Source: an uncultured Peptostreptococcaceae bacterium
GTDB lineage: Bacteria; Bacillota; Clostridia; Peptostreptococcales; BM714
Length of the DNA stretch: 56,892 nucleotides
Assembly: GCA_964644525.1 (NCBI GenBank)
Contig: CAZXWC010000003.1
Location: 1-56,892 of the forward strand
Direction: 5' to 3'
The position numbers and the translations under genes are program-made. This document shows positions 17,787 through 27,700 of the stretch, piece after piece. The notes beneath the pieces are model-generated. The model saw only the letters and a list, made by a program, of their open reading frames with translations. It did no database searches and had not been told where the DNA came from. Positions within the stretch are counted from its first letter, which is position 1. Every line of letters starts with the position of its first letter.

Positions 17787-18998
17787 ATGCCAAGCGCATT
17801 GGAAGGAATAAAAATATTGGATTTGGGGCATGTGTTGGCGGCTCCGTTTTGCACTATGATTTTGGCTGATTTGGGAGCTCAAGTAATAAAACTGGAATCA
17901 CCCATTGGAGACGACTCCAGGCAGTTTGGCCCATTTATAGGGGAAGATAATGGAAAAGGGAAACAGAGTGGTTATTTTATAAGTATAAACAGAAACAAAA
18001 AAAGCATGTGCGTCAATTTGAAAAAGCCTGAAGGGAAAGCGCTGCTCAGGGACTTGATTAAGAAATGCGATGTGGTAGTGGAAAACTTCAGACCTACAAC
18101 AATGAAGAAATTGGGTTTTTCATACGAGGAAATGAAGGAAATCAATCCGGCAATAATATATTGTTCCATATGCGGATTTGGACATGACGCATTACCGGAA
18201 AATGCGGAAAAGCCGGCATACGACATGGTGGCACAAGCTTACAGCGGTCTGATGAGCATAACCGGACACGAAGGTTTTTCTCCTTGTAGGGTGGGTACAT
18301 CTGTTGGCGACATAGTGGCGGGACATCAGGCCGCGATAGGAATACTTGGAGCCCTCAATTACAGAGACCGCACCGGCAAAGGTCAGTATGTAGACATATC
18401 GATGGTGGACGGATTGGTATACATTATGGAAAATGCCATCGCCCGCTATACTATAAAAGGGGAGGTTCCTCAACCATTGGGATCGGCGCATCCAACAATA
18501 ACGCCTTTTCAGGCTTTTAAAACGAAGGACAGCTGGATAATTACTCCGATAGGTAACGATTCGCTGTGGAAGAATTTTTGCAAGGCTCTCAGCATTGAAG
18601 AACTCGCTGAGGATGATCGCTTTGCGACCAATCCTATGAGAACCGTTAACAAGGTTGAGCTTGAAAAAATAGTTTCAATTGTATTGGAAGCAAAGACTAC
18701 AGATGAGTGGGCGTCAATCTTCGATGAATATAAATTGCCTTATTCCAGAATTAACGATGTAGAACAGGTTGTAAACGACGAGCAGATAAACTATAGGAAA
18801 ATGATTGTCGAGATTGACCAGCCCAAGGTCGGCCCTATGAAAATCATAGGAACGCCTTTCCACATGACTGAAACTCCGGGAGAGGTTCGGAGTCCGGCGC
18901 CGCTTCTTGGAGAGCATACCGAAGAGATGCTTAGGGAGCTTCTGCAAATGGAACCGGAAGTGATTGAATTGCTTCGCCAATCGGAAACAATATTTTAA
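17787..18998 (+). CDS. Class III CoA-transferase (CaiB/BaiF/Frc family)
   Basis: ILDL..VLAAPF....LADLGAQVIKLE.P.GDDSR, NRNKKS, DVVVENFRP, AYDMVAQ (catalytic Asp), APLLGEHT; start at ATG 17787. Confidence 0.92.
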   Translation: MPSALEGIKILDLGHVLAAPFCTMILADLGAQVIKLESPIGDDSRQFGPFIGEDNGKGKQSGYFISINRNKKSMCVNLKKPEGKALLRDLIKKCDVVVENFRPTTMKKLGFSYEEMKEINPAIIYCSICGFGHDALPENAEKPAYDMVAQAYSGLMSITGHEGFSPCRVGTSVGDIVAGHQAAIGILGALNYRDRTGKGQYVDISMVDGLVYIMENAIARYTIKGEVPQPLGSAHPTITPFQAFKTKDSWIITPIGNDSLWKNFCKALSIEELAEDDRFATNPMRTVNKVELEKIVSIVLEAKTTDEWASIFDEYKLPYSRINDVEQVVNDEQINYRKMIVEIDQPKVGPMKIIGTPFHMTETPGEVRSPAPLLGEHTEEMLRELLQMEPEVIELLRQSETIF

Positions 18999-19035
18999 GA
19001 GGTGTATCAGAAACCACAATATATAAGATTACACG

Positions 19036-19071
19036 AAGAACTGTCGCTTCGCCTAGAGCGGCGGTTTCTTT
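19036..19071 (+). terminator. Terminator after the CoA-transferase
   Basis: AAGAACTGTCGCTT / GAGCGGCGGTTTCTT stem with G-U pairs. Confidence 0.55.
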
Positions 19072-19125
19072 GCGTCGAGGAGCTGGTTTTTTCTATTGTA
19101 GACAGGTATTTATTGCCGCTCTTCA

Positions 19126-19154
19126 TTGATATATGGGGGGCGGCATGATATACT
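19126..19154 (+). promoter_or_regulatory. sigma-A promoter of the cobalamin operon
   Basis: TTGATA-N17-TATACT with extended TG. Confidence 0.7.
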
Positions 19155-19164
19155 GTGCATGGAA

Positions 19165-19320
19165 TCAATCAAAAAAATGCTTTGTTTAAGGGAAAAGGGT
19201 GCAAAGCCCTTGCTGTAGTCGCAGCTGTAACCGGGGATGGAAACCGAAAATTGCCACTGTACTCGAATGTATGGGAAGGTTCGGCCAAACAGATGATCCG
19301 GAAGCCAGAAGACCTGACTG
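19165..19320 (+). ncRNA. Cobalamin (B12) riboswitch aptamer
   Basis: TAAGGGAA...GGGTGCAAAGCCC, GCAGCTGTAA, GCCACTG(19253)...TGGGAAGG(19272), B12-box AGCCAGAAGACCTG(19303-16); located upstream of an ECF/DUF4430 operon. The 5' arm is atypical. Confidence 0.8.
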
Positions 19321-19419
19321 AGTGTTTTTCAAATCTGCTCCGGCTCTGAGGGATTGAAAAAATACAGATCTTGATCTAAAGGCTGTTTTTCTATCCCAAA
19401 AGGCAAGAACTGTATGAAT

Positions 19420-19454
19420 CTCTCTCCAAATCGGAGGGAGTTTGTTGTTTTTTT
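19420..19454 (+). terminator. Riboswitch expression-platform terminator
   Basis: CTCTCTCC / GGAGGGAG hairpin plus TTTGTTGTTTTTTT immediately before the RBS of the first gene. Confidence 0.7.
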
Positions 19455-19467
19455 GGAGGAATACATA

Positions 19468-20391
19468 ATGAGAAAAAAAATGATTGCAGCGGCTTTGGCT
19501 GTTATGTTTCTTTTGTCGGGATGCGCCGAAAATGAAATGGCACAGCCGGAAAATCGGCAACTCACAATTCTTGTGACAAGGGACTACGGACGGGAAATTC
19601 TTGCGGAAAGGTCCGTTTATCCATCCGAAGGCGATACGGTCATGGACCTTATGCAGGACAATTTTACCGTTGAGACTGCATACGGAGGCGGCTTTGTAAA
19701 CGCAATAGACGGCTTGAAGTCGGGCTATACCGGAAAAGGAAGTAGCCAAAAGAAAGGAACAAAAAAAGACTGGTTTTATTATGTAAACGGAGTGATGGCG
19801 GAGATTGGTGCGGATCAATATATGTGCGATGAAGCCAATGCTGTTTCGTGGGACTTTCACGATTGGGGCGGAGACATGTACGTGAAGACTCGAATAAACG
19901 CCTGGCCGGAAAGGCTCAAGGGAAGAAGCGTCGAAATGGCATTCGGACAGACTTTTGAAAAAGATGCGGTCAGAATAAGGGAAGCCTTCGAAGAGGCGGG
20001 AGGAAGAGTAGCAGAATCAACTGTGGAATCTCTTGATATGGAAGACCTTGAAAAAGACGCTTTGTTTGTGGGGACATGGCAAGATGCAAATAAAAACGAA
20101 TTTATAAAGGGAGTTTTTGAAAACCGCGAAAAGGCGGGAATATATTCCTATTTCAATGAAAAAGGACTTATGCTTTTCGACAACAATGGAGAAATAACGG
20201 CAACAAGGCAAAAAGGCGCAATAGCCGCATCTGTGCAGAAGGCTTACGGGTCTGAGGCTTCGGTCCTTCTGTTAGTCGGAAACGAGGTATCAATGATAGA
20301 AAAAATTGTAGATGTATTTTTGGACAGAGAGTCAGCCAAGGGCGCTTTCGGAATTGCTGCTACTGAGGAAGGTGTTTGCTATGTGCCATAA
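19468..20391 (+). CDS. Lipoprotein with DUF4430 (transcobalamin C-terminal/beta-like) domain
   Basis: Signal peptide with lipobox LSGC; TVMDLM..., FVNAIDG, WFYYVNG....GA motif typical of DUF4430; start at ATG 19468 (RBS GGAGG). Confidence 0.8.
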   Translation: MRKKMIAAALAVMFLLSGCAENEMAQPENRQLTILVTRDYGREILAERSVYPSEGDTVMDLMQDNFTVETAYGGGFVNAIDGLKSGYTGKGSSQKKGTKKDWFYYVNGVMAEIGADQYMCDEANAVSWDFHDWGGDMYVKTRINAWPERLKGRSVEMAFGQTFEKDAVRIREAFEEAGGRVAESTVESLDMEDLEKDALFVGTWQDANKNEFIKGVFENREKAGIYSYFNEKGLMLFDNNGEITATRQKGAIAASVQKAYGSEASVLLLVGNEVSMIEKIVDVFLDRESAKGAFGIAATEEGVCYVP

Positions 20392-21265
20392 ACTTCATCC
20401 GGCAAATGCCATGCTTTTGCTGGCTGTTCTTATTTCTGCCACACTTTTGGTCAGTCATCCTGTCCATTCCGCCTTGCTTGTATCGGTTCTGTCTTTTTCT
20501 GTGGCAGCCTTTGGCGGGGCCGGGGAACTGAAGGGATTGCTGAAGTTTTGGATAGTTACCGGAATTATGATTCTAATAATTAATCCGCTCGTTTCAACAC
20601 AGGGCCACACCGTATTGTTTCGCACGGTTCTTCCCATTGCGGGCAGGATTAGGATAACGGTTGAATCGCTTGCTTTTGCAGGACTTATGGTCTTGAGGCT
20701 TTTTTCCATGGTTTTGGTGATAAAGCTTTTCGGACTTTCTATAGACAGGGACGATTTTTTCGGATACCTGTCGCGTTACATGAACAAGCTGGTGCTTACA
20801 ATGAGCATGACTGTAAACATGATCCACAGGCTGAGGGTGGAAATACAGAGAGTAAGTGAAGTGATGGCCATGAGGGGCCTGGATTTGAAATCCGGAGGTT
20901 TGGTAAAAAGGACAAGGGCCTATTACCCCATGATAAAGGTAGTGCTCATAAGTTCTTTGGAAGGGTCTGTAAACCGGGCCGAGGCGCTTTATTCCAGGGG
21001 CTACGGAAAGGGCAAGAGAAGTTTTTACAGAGAAATAGGAATGACCGGCAAAGACCGTTTGCATATGGTCGCGCTTTGCATATACACAATTGTGTTTTTT
21101 TGGGGAATATATAAGGGTTGGCTGGGATTCAGCTTTTTCCCTGCGATTTCACCGAAAAGCGATTTCAGTTTGATTTATTTTGTGGCACATGCAACAAGTC
21201 TGGCAGTATTGATTGAAGCGACAAGGAGGTGTTCGGCTTGGAAGTTTTCAACATGGAAAATTTAA
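20381..21265 (+). CDS. ECF transporter transmembrane T component
   Basis: LHP N-terminus, INPL...QG.T.L, coupling helices with MAMRG and ALYSRGY; start at ATG 20381. Confidence 0.85.
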   Translation: MCHKLHPANAMLLLAVLISATLLVSHPVHSALLVSVLSFSVAAFGGAGELKGLLKFWIVTGIMILIINPLVSTQGHTVLFRTVLPIAGRIRITVESLAFAGLMVLRLFSMVLVIKLFGLSIDRDDFFGYLSRYMNKLVLTMSMTVNMIHRLRVEIQRVSEVMAMRGLDLKSGGLVKRTRAYYPMIKVVLISSLEGSVNRAEALYSRGYGKGKRSFYREIGMTGKDRLHMVALCIYTIVFFWGIYKGWLGFSFFPAISPKSDFSLIYFVAHATSLAVLIEATRRCSAWKFSTWKI

Positions 21266-22806
21266 CATACCATTATCCCAATAAGGACAGGCCGGCGCTT
21301 TCGCGACTGGACCTTAAAATACATGATGGTGAATTTCTTGTGGTGGCAGGAGCTTCGGGCTCCGGAAAATCAACCCTTGCCAGGATAATATCGCGTTTGG
21401 CACCCGAATTTTACGGGGGAAAGATAGAAGGGCGGGTGAATGGCACAAGAGACATAGGAATGGTTTTTCAGGACCCCGAGAAGCAGCTTGTAATGGAGAC
21501 CGTAGAGAGGGAAGTCGCTTTTCCTTTGGAAAACAGAGGGGTTGAAAGAAAGCTCATGAAGAAGCAGGTTCTCGAGGTTTTGAGCCTTTTGGGAATCTGG
21601 CATCTCAAGGATAAAAAGACATACGAATTGTCTGGCGGCGAAAAACAGAAGGTTGCGATTGCGGCCGCTTTAGCCGTAAGAAACAGATTTCTCGTGCTTG
21701 ACGAGCCGGTCTCGCAGCTCGACCCCATGGCTGCCGACGAAATAATGCACATTCTAAAAAAACTCAACGATGACTTGGGTTTCACCATAGTTCTTGTGGA
21801 GCAAAGGACAGAAAAATGCCTCAGCTACGCTGACCGGGTAGTGTTTCTGGACAATGGGGAAATAGCTTTTATCGGAAAGCCGCCTGAATATGTAAAGTGG
21901 GCGGGCAGGCATGACTGCAATTTTTTGCCTCCTGTGACGGAGCTGTTTTGGAGACTGGAATCCAATAATTTGCCGCTGACGGTCAAGCAAGGCAGAGAAC
22001 TCATAAACAGCAATTATGATGTGGCTGCAAATGCCTTGGGAAAACCTTTTCTTACGGCCAAAAGCAAAGCGATGACCTTGAAAAAAGTCGGTTTTTCATT
22101 CGGCGATGGGACTATGGCGCTGAGCTCGGTGACGCTCGATGTTGGCAAGGGCGAGACTTTGGGGATAATAGGAGCCAACGGGGCCGGGAAATCCACAGCC
22201 TTGCGAATAATGGCGGGACTTCTCAAGCCAAGCAAGGGTAAGGCGGAAGCGTACGGAGCGGTAGGATATCTTTCGCAGGAGCCAAACGACTATCTTTTCA
22301 ATGACACGGTTTACGAAGAACTGCTCTTTACCCAGAAGAACTTCGAGAAGATCGATTGCGATTTGATTGAGGAAATTTTATGCGATCTGGATATGGAATC
22401 CAAAAGGAATATAAATCCCAGGGACTTGTCGGGAGGAGAAAGGCAAAGGGTGGCGCTCGCTTCCGTTTTGGCCATGAAGCCTCAAATACTTCTTTTGGAC
22501 GAGCCGACACGGGGTCTCAACAAGGGTTACAAAATGCGCCTGGCGGCATACCTCGGGAATCTGAAAAGAAAGGGAAAAACAATTGTTCTTGTTACCCACG
22601 ATATGGAATTCGTTGCCGAAGTTTGCGATAGGGCGGTAATAATGTTTGACGGCCAAGTTGCGCAGGAAGGACCGACAAGTGAAATTTTGTCGGGAGGTCT
22701 CCATTTTACGACGGATATAAATCGCATGTTCCATGGAATGGCAAGCCCCTTAAGGATAGAAGAGGCTGAGGGCATATGCGTTAAAAAGGGGAGTGGAGGA
22801 CCATGA
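21238..22806 (+). CDS. ECF transporter ATPase with two fused ABC domains
   Basis: GASGSGKST / LSGGEKQK / LDEP and GANGAGKST / LSGGERQR / LDEPT; FQDPE; probable TTG start at 21238 (AGGAGG upstream). Confidence 0.92.
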   Translation: MEVFNMENLTYHYPNKDRPALSRLDLKIHDGEFLVVAGASGSGKSTLARIISRLAPEFYGGKIEGRVNGTRDIGMVFQDPEKQLVMETVEREVAFPLENRGVERKLMKKQVLEVLSLLGIWHLKDKKTYELSGGEKQKVAIAAALAVRNRFLVLDEPVSQLDPMAADEIMHILKKLNDDLGFTIVLVEQRTEKCLSYADRVVFLDNGEIAFIGKPPEYVKWAGRHDCNFLPPVTELFWRLESNNLPLTVKQGRELINSNYDVAANALGKPFLTAKSKAMTLKKVGFSFGDGTMALSSVTLDVGKGETLGIIGANGAGKSTALRIMAGLLKPSKGKAEAYGAVGYLSQEPNDYLFNDTVYEELLFTQKNFEKIDCDLIEEILCDLDMESKRNINPRDLSGGERQRVALASVLAMKPQILLLDEPTRGLNKGYKMRLAAYLGNLKRKGKTIVLVTHDMEFVAEVCDRAVIMFDGQVAQEGPTSEILSGGLHFTTDINRMFHGMASPLRIEEAEGICVKKGSGGP

Positions 22807-23438
22807 ATTTGGGAATAGTTTTGGCGGCCCTGCTTCTTGGAATGATGGCCTTGATACTTTGGCTCTACGAAAGCAGAAAGACAAATGTAAGGGAAATAGC
22901 TTTGGTTTCAACCCTGGCGGCCTTGGCGGCCGTGTCGAGAATATTTTTTGCGGCGCTTCCAAACATACAGCCGACCACTTTCATAGTGGTGACATCGGGT
23001 TTTGTATTCGGACCCAGTTTCGGTTTCATGACAGGGGCGATAGCGGCCTTTCTTTCAAACAATTTTCTAGGCCACGGACCGTGGACTCCTTGGCAGATGC
23101 TTGCATGGGGATTGGCGGGATTAATATCAGGACTTATAAGGAAGAGCGGAATACACAAAAGCAGAATGCTTTTCACGGTTTACGCTTTCATGTGGGGCTT
23201 TCTGTTTGACTGGCTGATGAACCTCTGGCACTGGCTTTTTTTCATCTATCCATTGAACTTTCGGAGTTTTATTGCTGTTTATGCGGCATCGTTCTACTTC
23301 GACATGCTGCATGCAGCGGGAAACGGGGTTTTCGCATTTCTGTTCGGAAAGGACCTTGTGAATATTCTGGGAAGATATAAGGAAAAACTTAGCTACGACA
23401 GGATTGATCAATCTACATATAAGGATGTGGCGGAATGA
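22803..23438 (+). CDS. ECF S component, CbrT-like (cobalamin)
   Basis: LAA.SR.....PNIQP.T, SN.FLG.GPWTPWQM.AWG, D..HA.GN motifs seen in CbrT-like S components; B12 riboswitch context. Confidence 0.82.
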   Translation: MNLGIVLAALLLGMMALILWLYESRKTNVREIALVSTLAALAAVSRIFFAALPNIQPTTFIVVTSGFVFGPSFGFMTGAIAAFLSNNFLGHGPWTPWQMLAWGLAGLISGLIRKSGIHKSRMLFTVYAFMWGFLFDWLMNLWHWLFFIYPLNFRSFIAVYAASFYFDMLHAAGNGVFAFLFGKDLVNILGRYKEKLSYDRIDQSTYKDVAE

Positions 23439-24742
23439 GAAAAAGTATTGAAGTATCAATTTTTGTATTGATTGCATGTTTTTTTATAACCGGCGCGGCA
23501 TGGGCTCAGGGAGCGGCAGGCGGTCCGCTTATGGATTATGAGCTTGACGAGTGGGGCATGCTGGCCCTTCACGCTTCAGGGCAAGACATGGAAGGCTTGA
23601 GGCTTGAATCGGTTTTGGGCTCTGAAATAACAACCGACCATGAAGCCTACATAATTGGGGCTTTGGCATTGGGACTCGATGTTTCGGAAGAGGCTGAGCT
23701 TGTAGCGGAAAGCCAGACGGCAAACGGCAAGTTTGCAGACTATACGGACGCAAGAGGCCAAGAGCTCTTAAACTCACACATATGGGGGATAATTGCGCTA
23801 GAGAGTGCGGGATACGAATCGTACGACAAACAAAAGGCGCAGGAATGGCTTCTGAATCATCAGAACGATGACGGAGGATTTCCTGTTTTTGCAGGCATGA
23901 AGCCTTCTGACGGCGACTTGACGGCAATGGCCGTTGTGGCGCTCGACCTGATGGGAGTGGACGCCGCCGACACGTCAATGGAAAAGGCTTTCGAATTCAT
24001 AGAATCAAACAATGAAGAGCGGCAAACAGCGGAAGGACTGGCATGGGAAATAATTGCGAGAAAGCAGACCGGGCGCGAAATCGGAGAAGACTTGAAGAAG
24101 AGACTTGAAGCATACAGGCTTGACAGCGGCAAGTATCTTCATATCAGGACCCTGGACTCGGGCAATTACATGGCGACCTGGCATGGAGTCTGGGCAGAAG
24201 GCGAGATGGACAGGCGATTGAGCGTTTTTGACGGCTTCAAGGCCAAAAACAGCCTGTCGGACATTGGCCGGGAAAGTAATGGATACCAGTCCATAAGCAG
24301 GCTGGTTGAGGATGGAGTGCTTTCGGGATACCCCGACGGGACGTTCAGGTCGGACGCGCCGGTTACGCGGGGCGAGTTTGTCAAGATGCTCGCATACGCA
24401 ATGAAAAAGGAAAAGGAATCGGCAAATCCAAATGGATTCATCGACATGCAGGGCCACTGGGCATCGCCCTATGTGGCAATTGCGGTCGACAGCGGAATAT
24501 TCAACGGCGTTTCGGATACACTCTTTGATCCGGAAAGCGGAATAACCGGAGCCCAACTCGCGGCGGTGGCTGTAAGGGTAAAAGGCATGGAAACCGAGGC
24601 GAAAGCCTTTAACGGAGACACATGGTACGACGGGTACGTTTATTATTCCTGGCTGCATGATTTGCAGTACCAGGGTTTTGATACAGATAAAGAAGCTACA
24701 AGGGCGCAGTGCGCCGAGCTTATTGACAACTTATACTATTAG
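23435..24742 (+). CDS. Secreted SLH-anchored protein with prenyltransferase/squalene-cyclase-like alpha-helical repeats
   Basis: Signal peptide; SQTANGKF, WLLNHQNDDGGF, DLTAMAVVAL, YRLDSGKY repeats; C-terminal SLH motifs (GYPDGTF....TRGEF, HWA, TRAQ). Confidence 0.8.
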   Translation: MRKSIEVSIFVLIACFFITGAAWAQGAAGGPLMDYELDEWGMLALHASGQDMEGLRLESVLGSEITTDHEAYIIGALALGLDVSEEAELVAESQTANGKFADYTDARGQELLNSHIWGIIALESAGYESYDKQKAQEWLLNHQNDDGGFPVFAGMKPSDGDLTAMAVVALDLMGVDAADTSMEKAFEFIESNNEERQTAEGLAWEIIARKQTGREIGEDLKKRLEAYRLDSGKYLHIRTLDSGNYMATWHGVWAEGEMDRRLSVFDGFKAKNSLSDIGRESNGYQSISRLVEDGVLSGYPDGTFRSDAPVTRGEFVKMLAYAMKKEKESANPNGFIDMQGHWASPYVAIAVDSGIFNGVSDTLFDPESGITGAQLAAVAVRVKGMETEAKAFNGDTWYDGYVYYSWLHDLQYQGFDTDKEATRAQCAELIDNLYY

Positions 24743-24765
24743 ACTGGCAAACGGAGGAACAATCA

Positions 24766-27700
24766 ATGAAATCAAGATTTTTAAGCTTTTTAATCATCAT
24801 CGCAATGCTATTCGGCATGGTGCCCAATGTTGGAATGGTCACTGCATTCGGCCAGCCTGCGCCGGCACAAACAGTGGATGATTTGGCGCTCCAGGCGGTC
24901 AGGAACATATATGAAAAATATCAGGGCGGAGCCGCGGTTGACGGGGCAGGATACACAAGCTTCGATTCATATTATGGTACAGTCTTGATAGATGCGGGAA
25001 TAGACCTTTCCACATGGGAGAGAAACGGTACAAACCTTAAAGATGAATTTTTGGCTTTGATAGATGAAACGGTTTTAAACCTTGAGGGCAAGACCAGCAA
25101 GCGAATAGCCCAGGATTATTTTCTTGCCCAAAAGCTTGGACAAACAACGAGGTCGGAGGTATTGCTTGACGCTTTAGTAGATGCACAGACCAGCGCGGGT
25201 GCCTTGTCATCAAACTTTTATGGTGATGCGCCAGCCTATGATATTTTGGGAGAAGCCGGCGCAACAGACGGCTTCGACAAGGCGGTTGCAGTTTCATATA
25301 TAAACGGCCGGCAAGGAAGCGACGGATGCATAGCGTGGGATTTTACTGCCACAGCCCAGGCCGCAAGGGCTTTAAAATATCTTGATGAAACGCAGGCAAG
25401 CATAGCAAGTGCTTCGGCATGGCTTCAGACCAAGCAGCTTGGGGACGGGAGTTACAGTGTCCATCATGCAGGATATACATGGGATGGTGTTGACTATCCT
25501 TCATACTACGAAGATTTTTTGATTGATACTGCAGAGATGTTAAAGTTTATGACCCTTGCAGATTCCGATTGGGTGACAACAACATCAGAGGGGGCTGCGG
25601 CAGCAGACTATTTGGTCAATGAAGCTTTAAACGACGATGGAACATTTGGCACATCAAAAAACTTGATGGATGATGTATGGGCTCTTGAGGCTTATATCAA
25701 CCTGGGCGCAAATATCTCAATTGATGCAGAAGTGGATTTGACTATAAACGAGAGAAAAACAAGATTGGACAAAGGAGAGCAGTGCGTATTTACGCTTAAT
25801 GGCTTCATTATGAATGGAAATTCTGATGGCGTTTCAGCTTCAAATGCTTCGTGGTCAGTTAGCAACTCCTCAAAGGCTGCCATAGATTCAAATGGAGTCT
25901 TGACAGCTATAGATGTTGGTGAAGTTACGGTTACGGCAACATATGAGGGCATAAGCGACTCCGTGGTTGTTGAAGTATATTCTCTGAATGACCTTGCGCT
26001 CCAGGCGGTCAGGAACATATATGAAAAATACCAGGATGGACTTGCGGTAGGCGAGCCCGAGACGCAATGGGGGGCGTACATGTCTTCCTCAGATTGCAAG
26101 GCTATTATTGATGCGGGTATTGACATATCCACTTGGGAGAGAAACGGAACAAATTTAAAAGAAGAGATCGAGGCACACATTGAAGGTGCAAGCGGAAGGG
26201 ATGCAAAACAGCTTGCGCAGGATTATCTGTATCTTGATGCAGCAGGTGAAACAACATCGGCATCTGCCGTCTTGGATATGATCAAGGCCATGCAGACAAG
26301 CACAGGAGCACTTTCTGAAAGCATGTATGCTGATGCAACGGCATTCGACATGCTTGGAGAGGCCGGCGTTTTCAATTTTGCCGATGCCTTAAACAATGCC
26401 AGCGCTGAAAACTATCTGGAAGGCGCACAAGGTTCGGACGGATCGTGGGCATGGGGGGATTTTGCATCAACCGCACAGATTGCCAGAGCCTTGAAGCTTC
26501 TTGATCCGGACAGCGAATCTGTAACCTCGGCAGCCGCATGGCTTGGAAAAAAACAGCTTGAAAACGGAAGCTACAACAATTCATCCGTTTATGACGGTGT
26601 GACCTATTGGGACGATGCTTTGGTCGATACCGCGGAGATGCTCCTCGTGATGACGGCAATTGATTCGGATTGGGCATCGACTACTTCAGAGGGCGCTGCC
26701 GCGCTGGACTACCTTGGAACGGATGCATGGAATGATGATGGCACATTCGGAGGGTACAAAAATCTTGCGGATGATGTATATGCGCTCAAGTCTTTTATGA
26801 AAATGGGAGCAACAACAAGCGGCGCATCTGTTATCGGAATAACTATAGACGCTGACGATTCAAATATTTATGAGGACGGAGACACCAGCACCTTCACGGC
26901 GACAAAGCACCTGTTTGATGGAACGACCCAGAGCGCTTCGGCTTCGGATTTGGACTGGTCTGTGGATGAATCGTCAAAAGCCTCTGTTTCAGATGGTGTG
27001 CTTTCAGCAAGCTCGGCGGGAGATGTTGTTGTTACTGCAAACCTTGACGGGATGACAAACTCTGAGAGCATTACGATATACTCACTTGACGATTTGGCAA
27101 TGCAGGCGGTTCAGAATGCATATGACAGGTATCAAGATGGTGCTTTGGTTGATGGCGCATATGGTAATTTTGACTCTTACCACGGCGCTGTGCTTGTTGA
27201 TGCAGGCATAGACCTTTCAACATGGGAAAGGAATGATACCAACCTTAGAGCCGAAATGATAGACCTGATTGACGCATCGATTGCCAGCCCGAGCGATATG
27301 AGCAGCAAGCGGATCGCGCAGGATTATTTCCTTGCCCAAAAGATTGGGGATACGGCAAGAGCTGAGGCTCTTCTGAATGTATTGAAAGGGAATCAAACAA
27401 TCGAAGGGGCATTGTCTTCAAACTATCTTGGGGATGCCAATGCGTTTGACTTGCTCAGAGAAGCAGGGGATTTAAACAAAGTTTCAACGACAAGCGCCAT
27501 AGATTATATCAAGGCAAACCAAAATCAGGAAGAGTATACATGGGGTTATGCGTATTTGGGTTGGAATTCCGATTTCATGGGGACAGCGCAATCGGTGAGA
27601 AATCTGATAGAGCTTGAACCGGAATCAACAGCGGTTACATCGGGCGTGGCATGGCTTCAATCAAAACAAACAATAGAAGGATCATTTTTAAACGGAGCTT

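Noticed and set aside
19135-19140. G6 tract in the promoter spacer (also G7 at 11720-26 and A8 at the lipoprotein 5' end) as phase-variation sites
   Set aside because: The tracts are short; G7 acts as an RBS, and A-runs are common after start codons in these organisms
19186-19860. 224-aa minus-strand ORF over the riboswitch
   Set aside because: Overlaps the riboswitch and the lipoprotein gene; no coding signature
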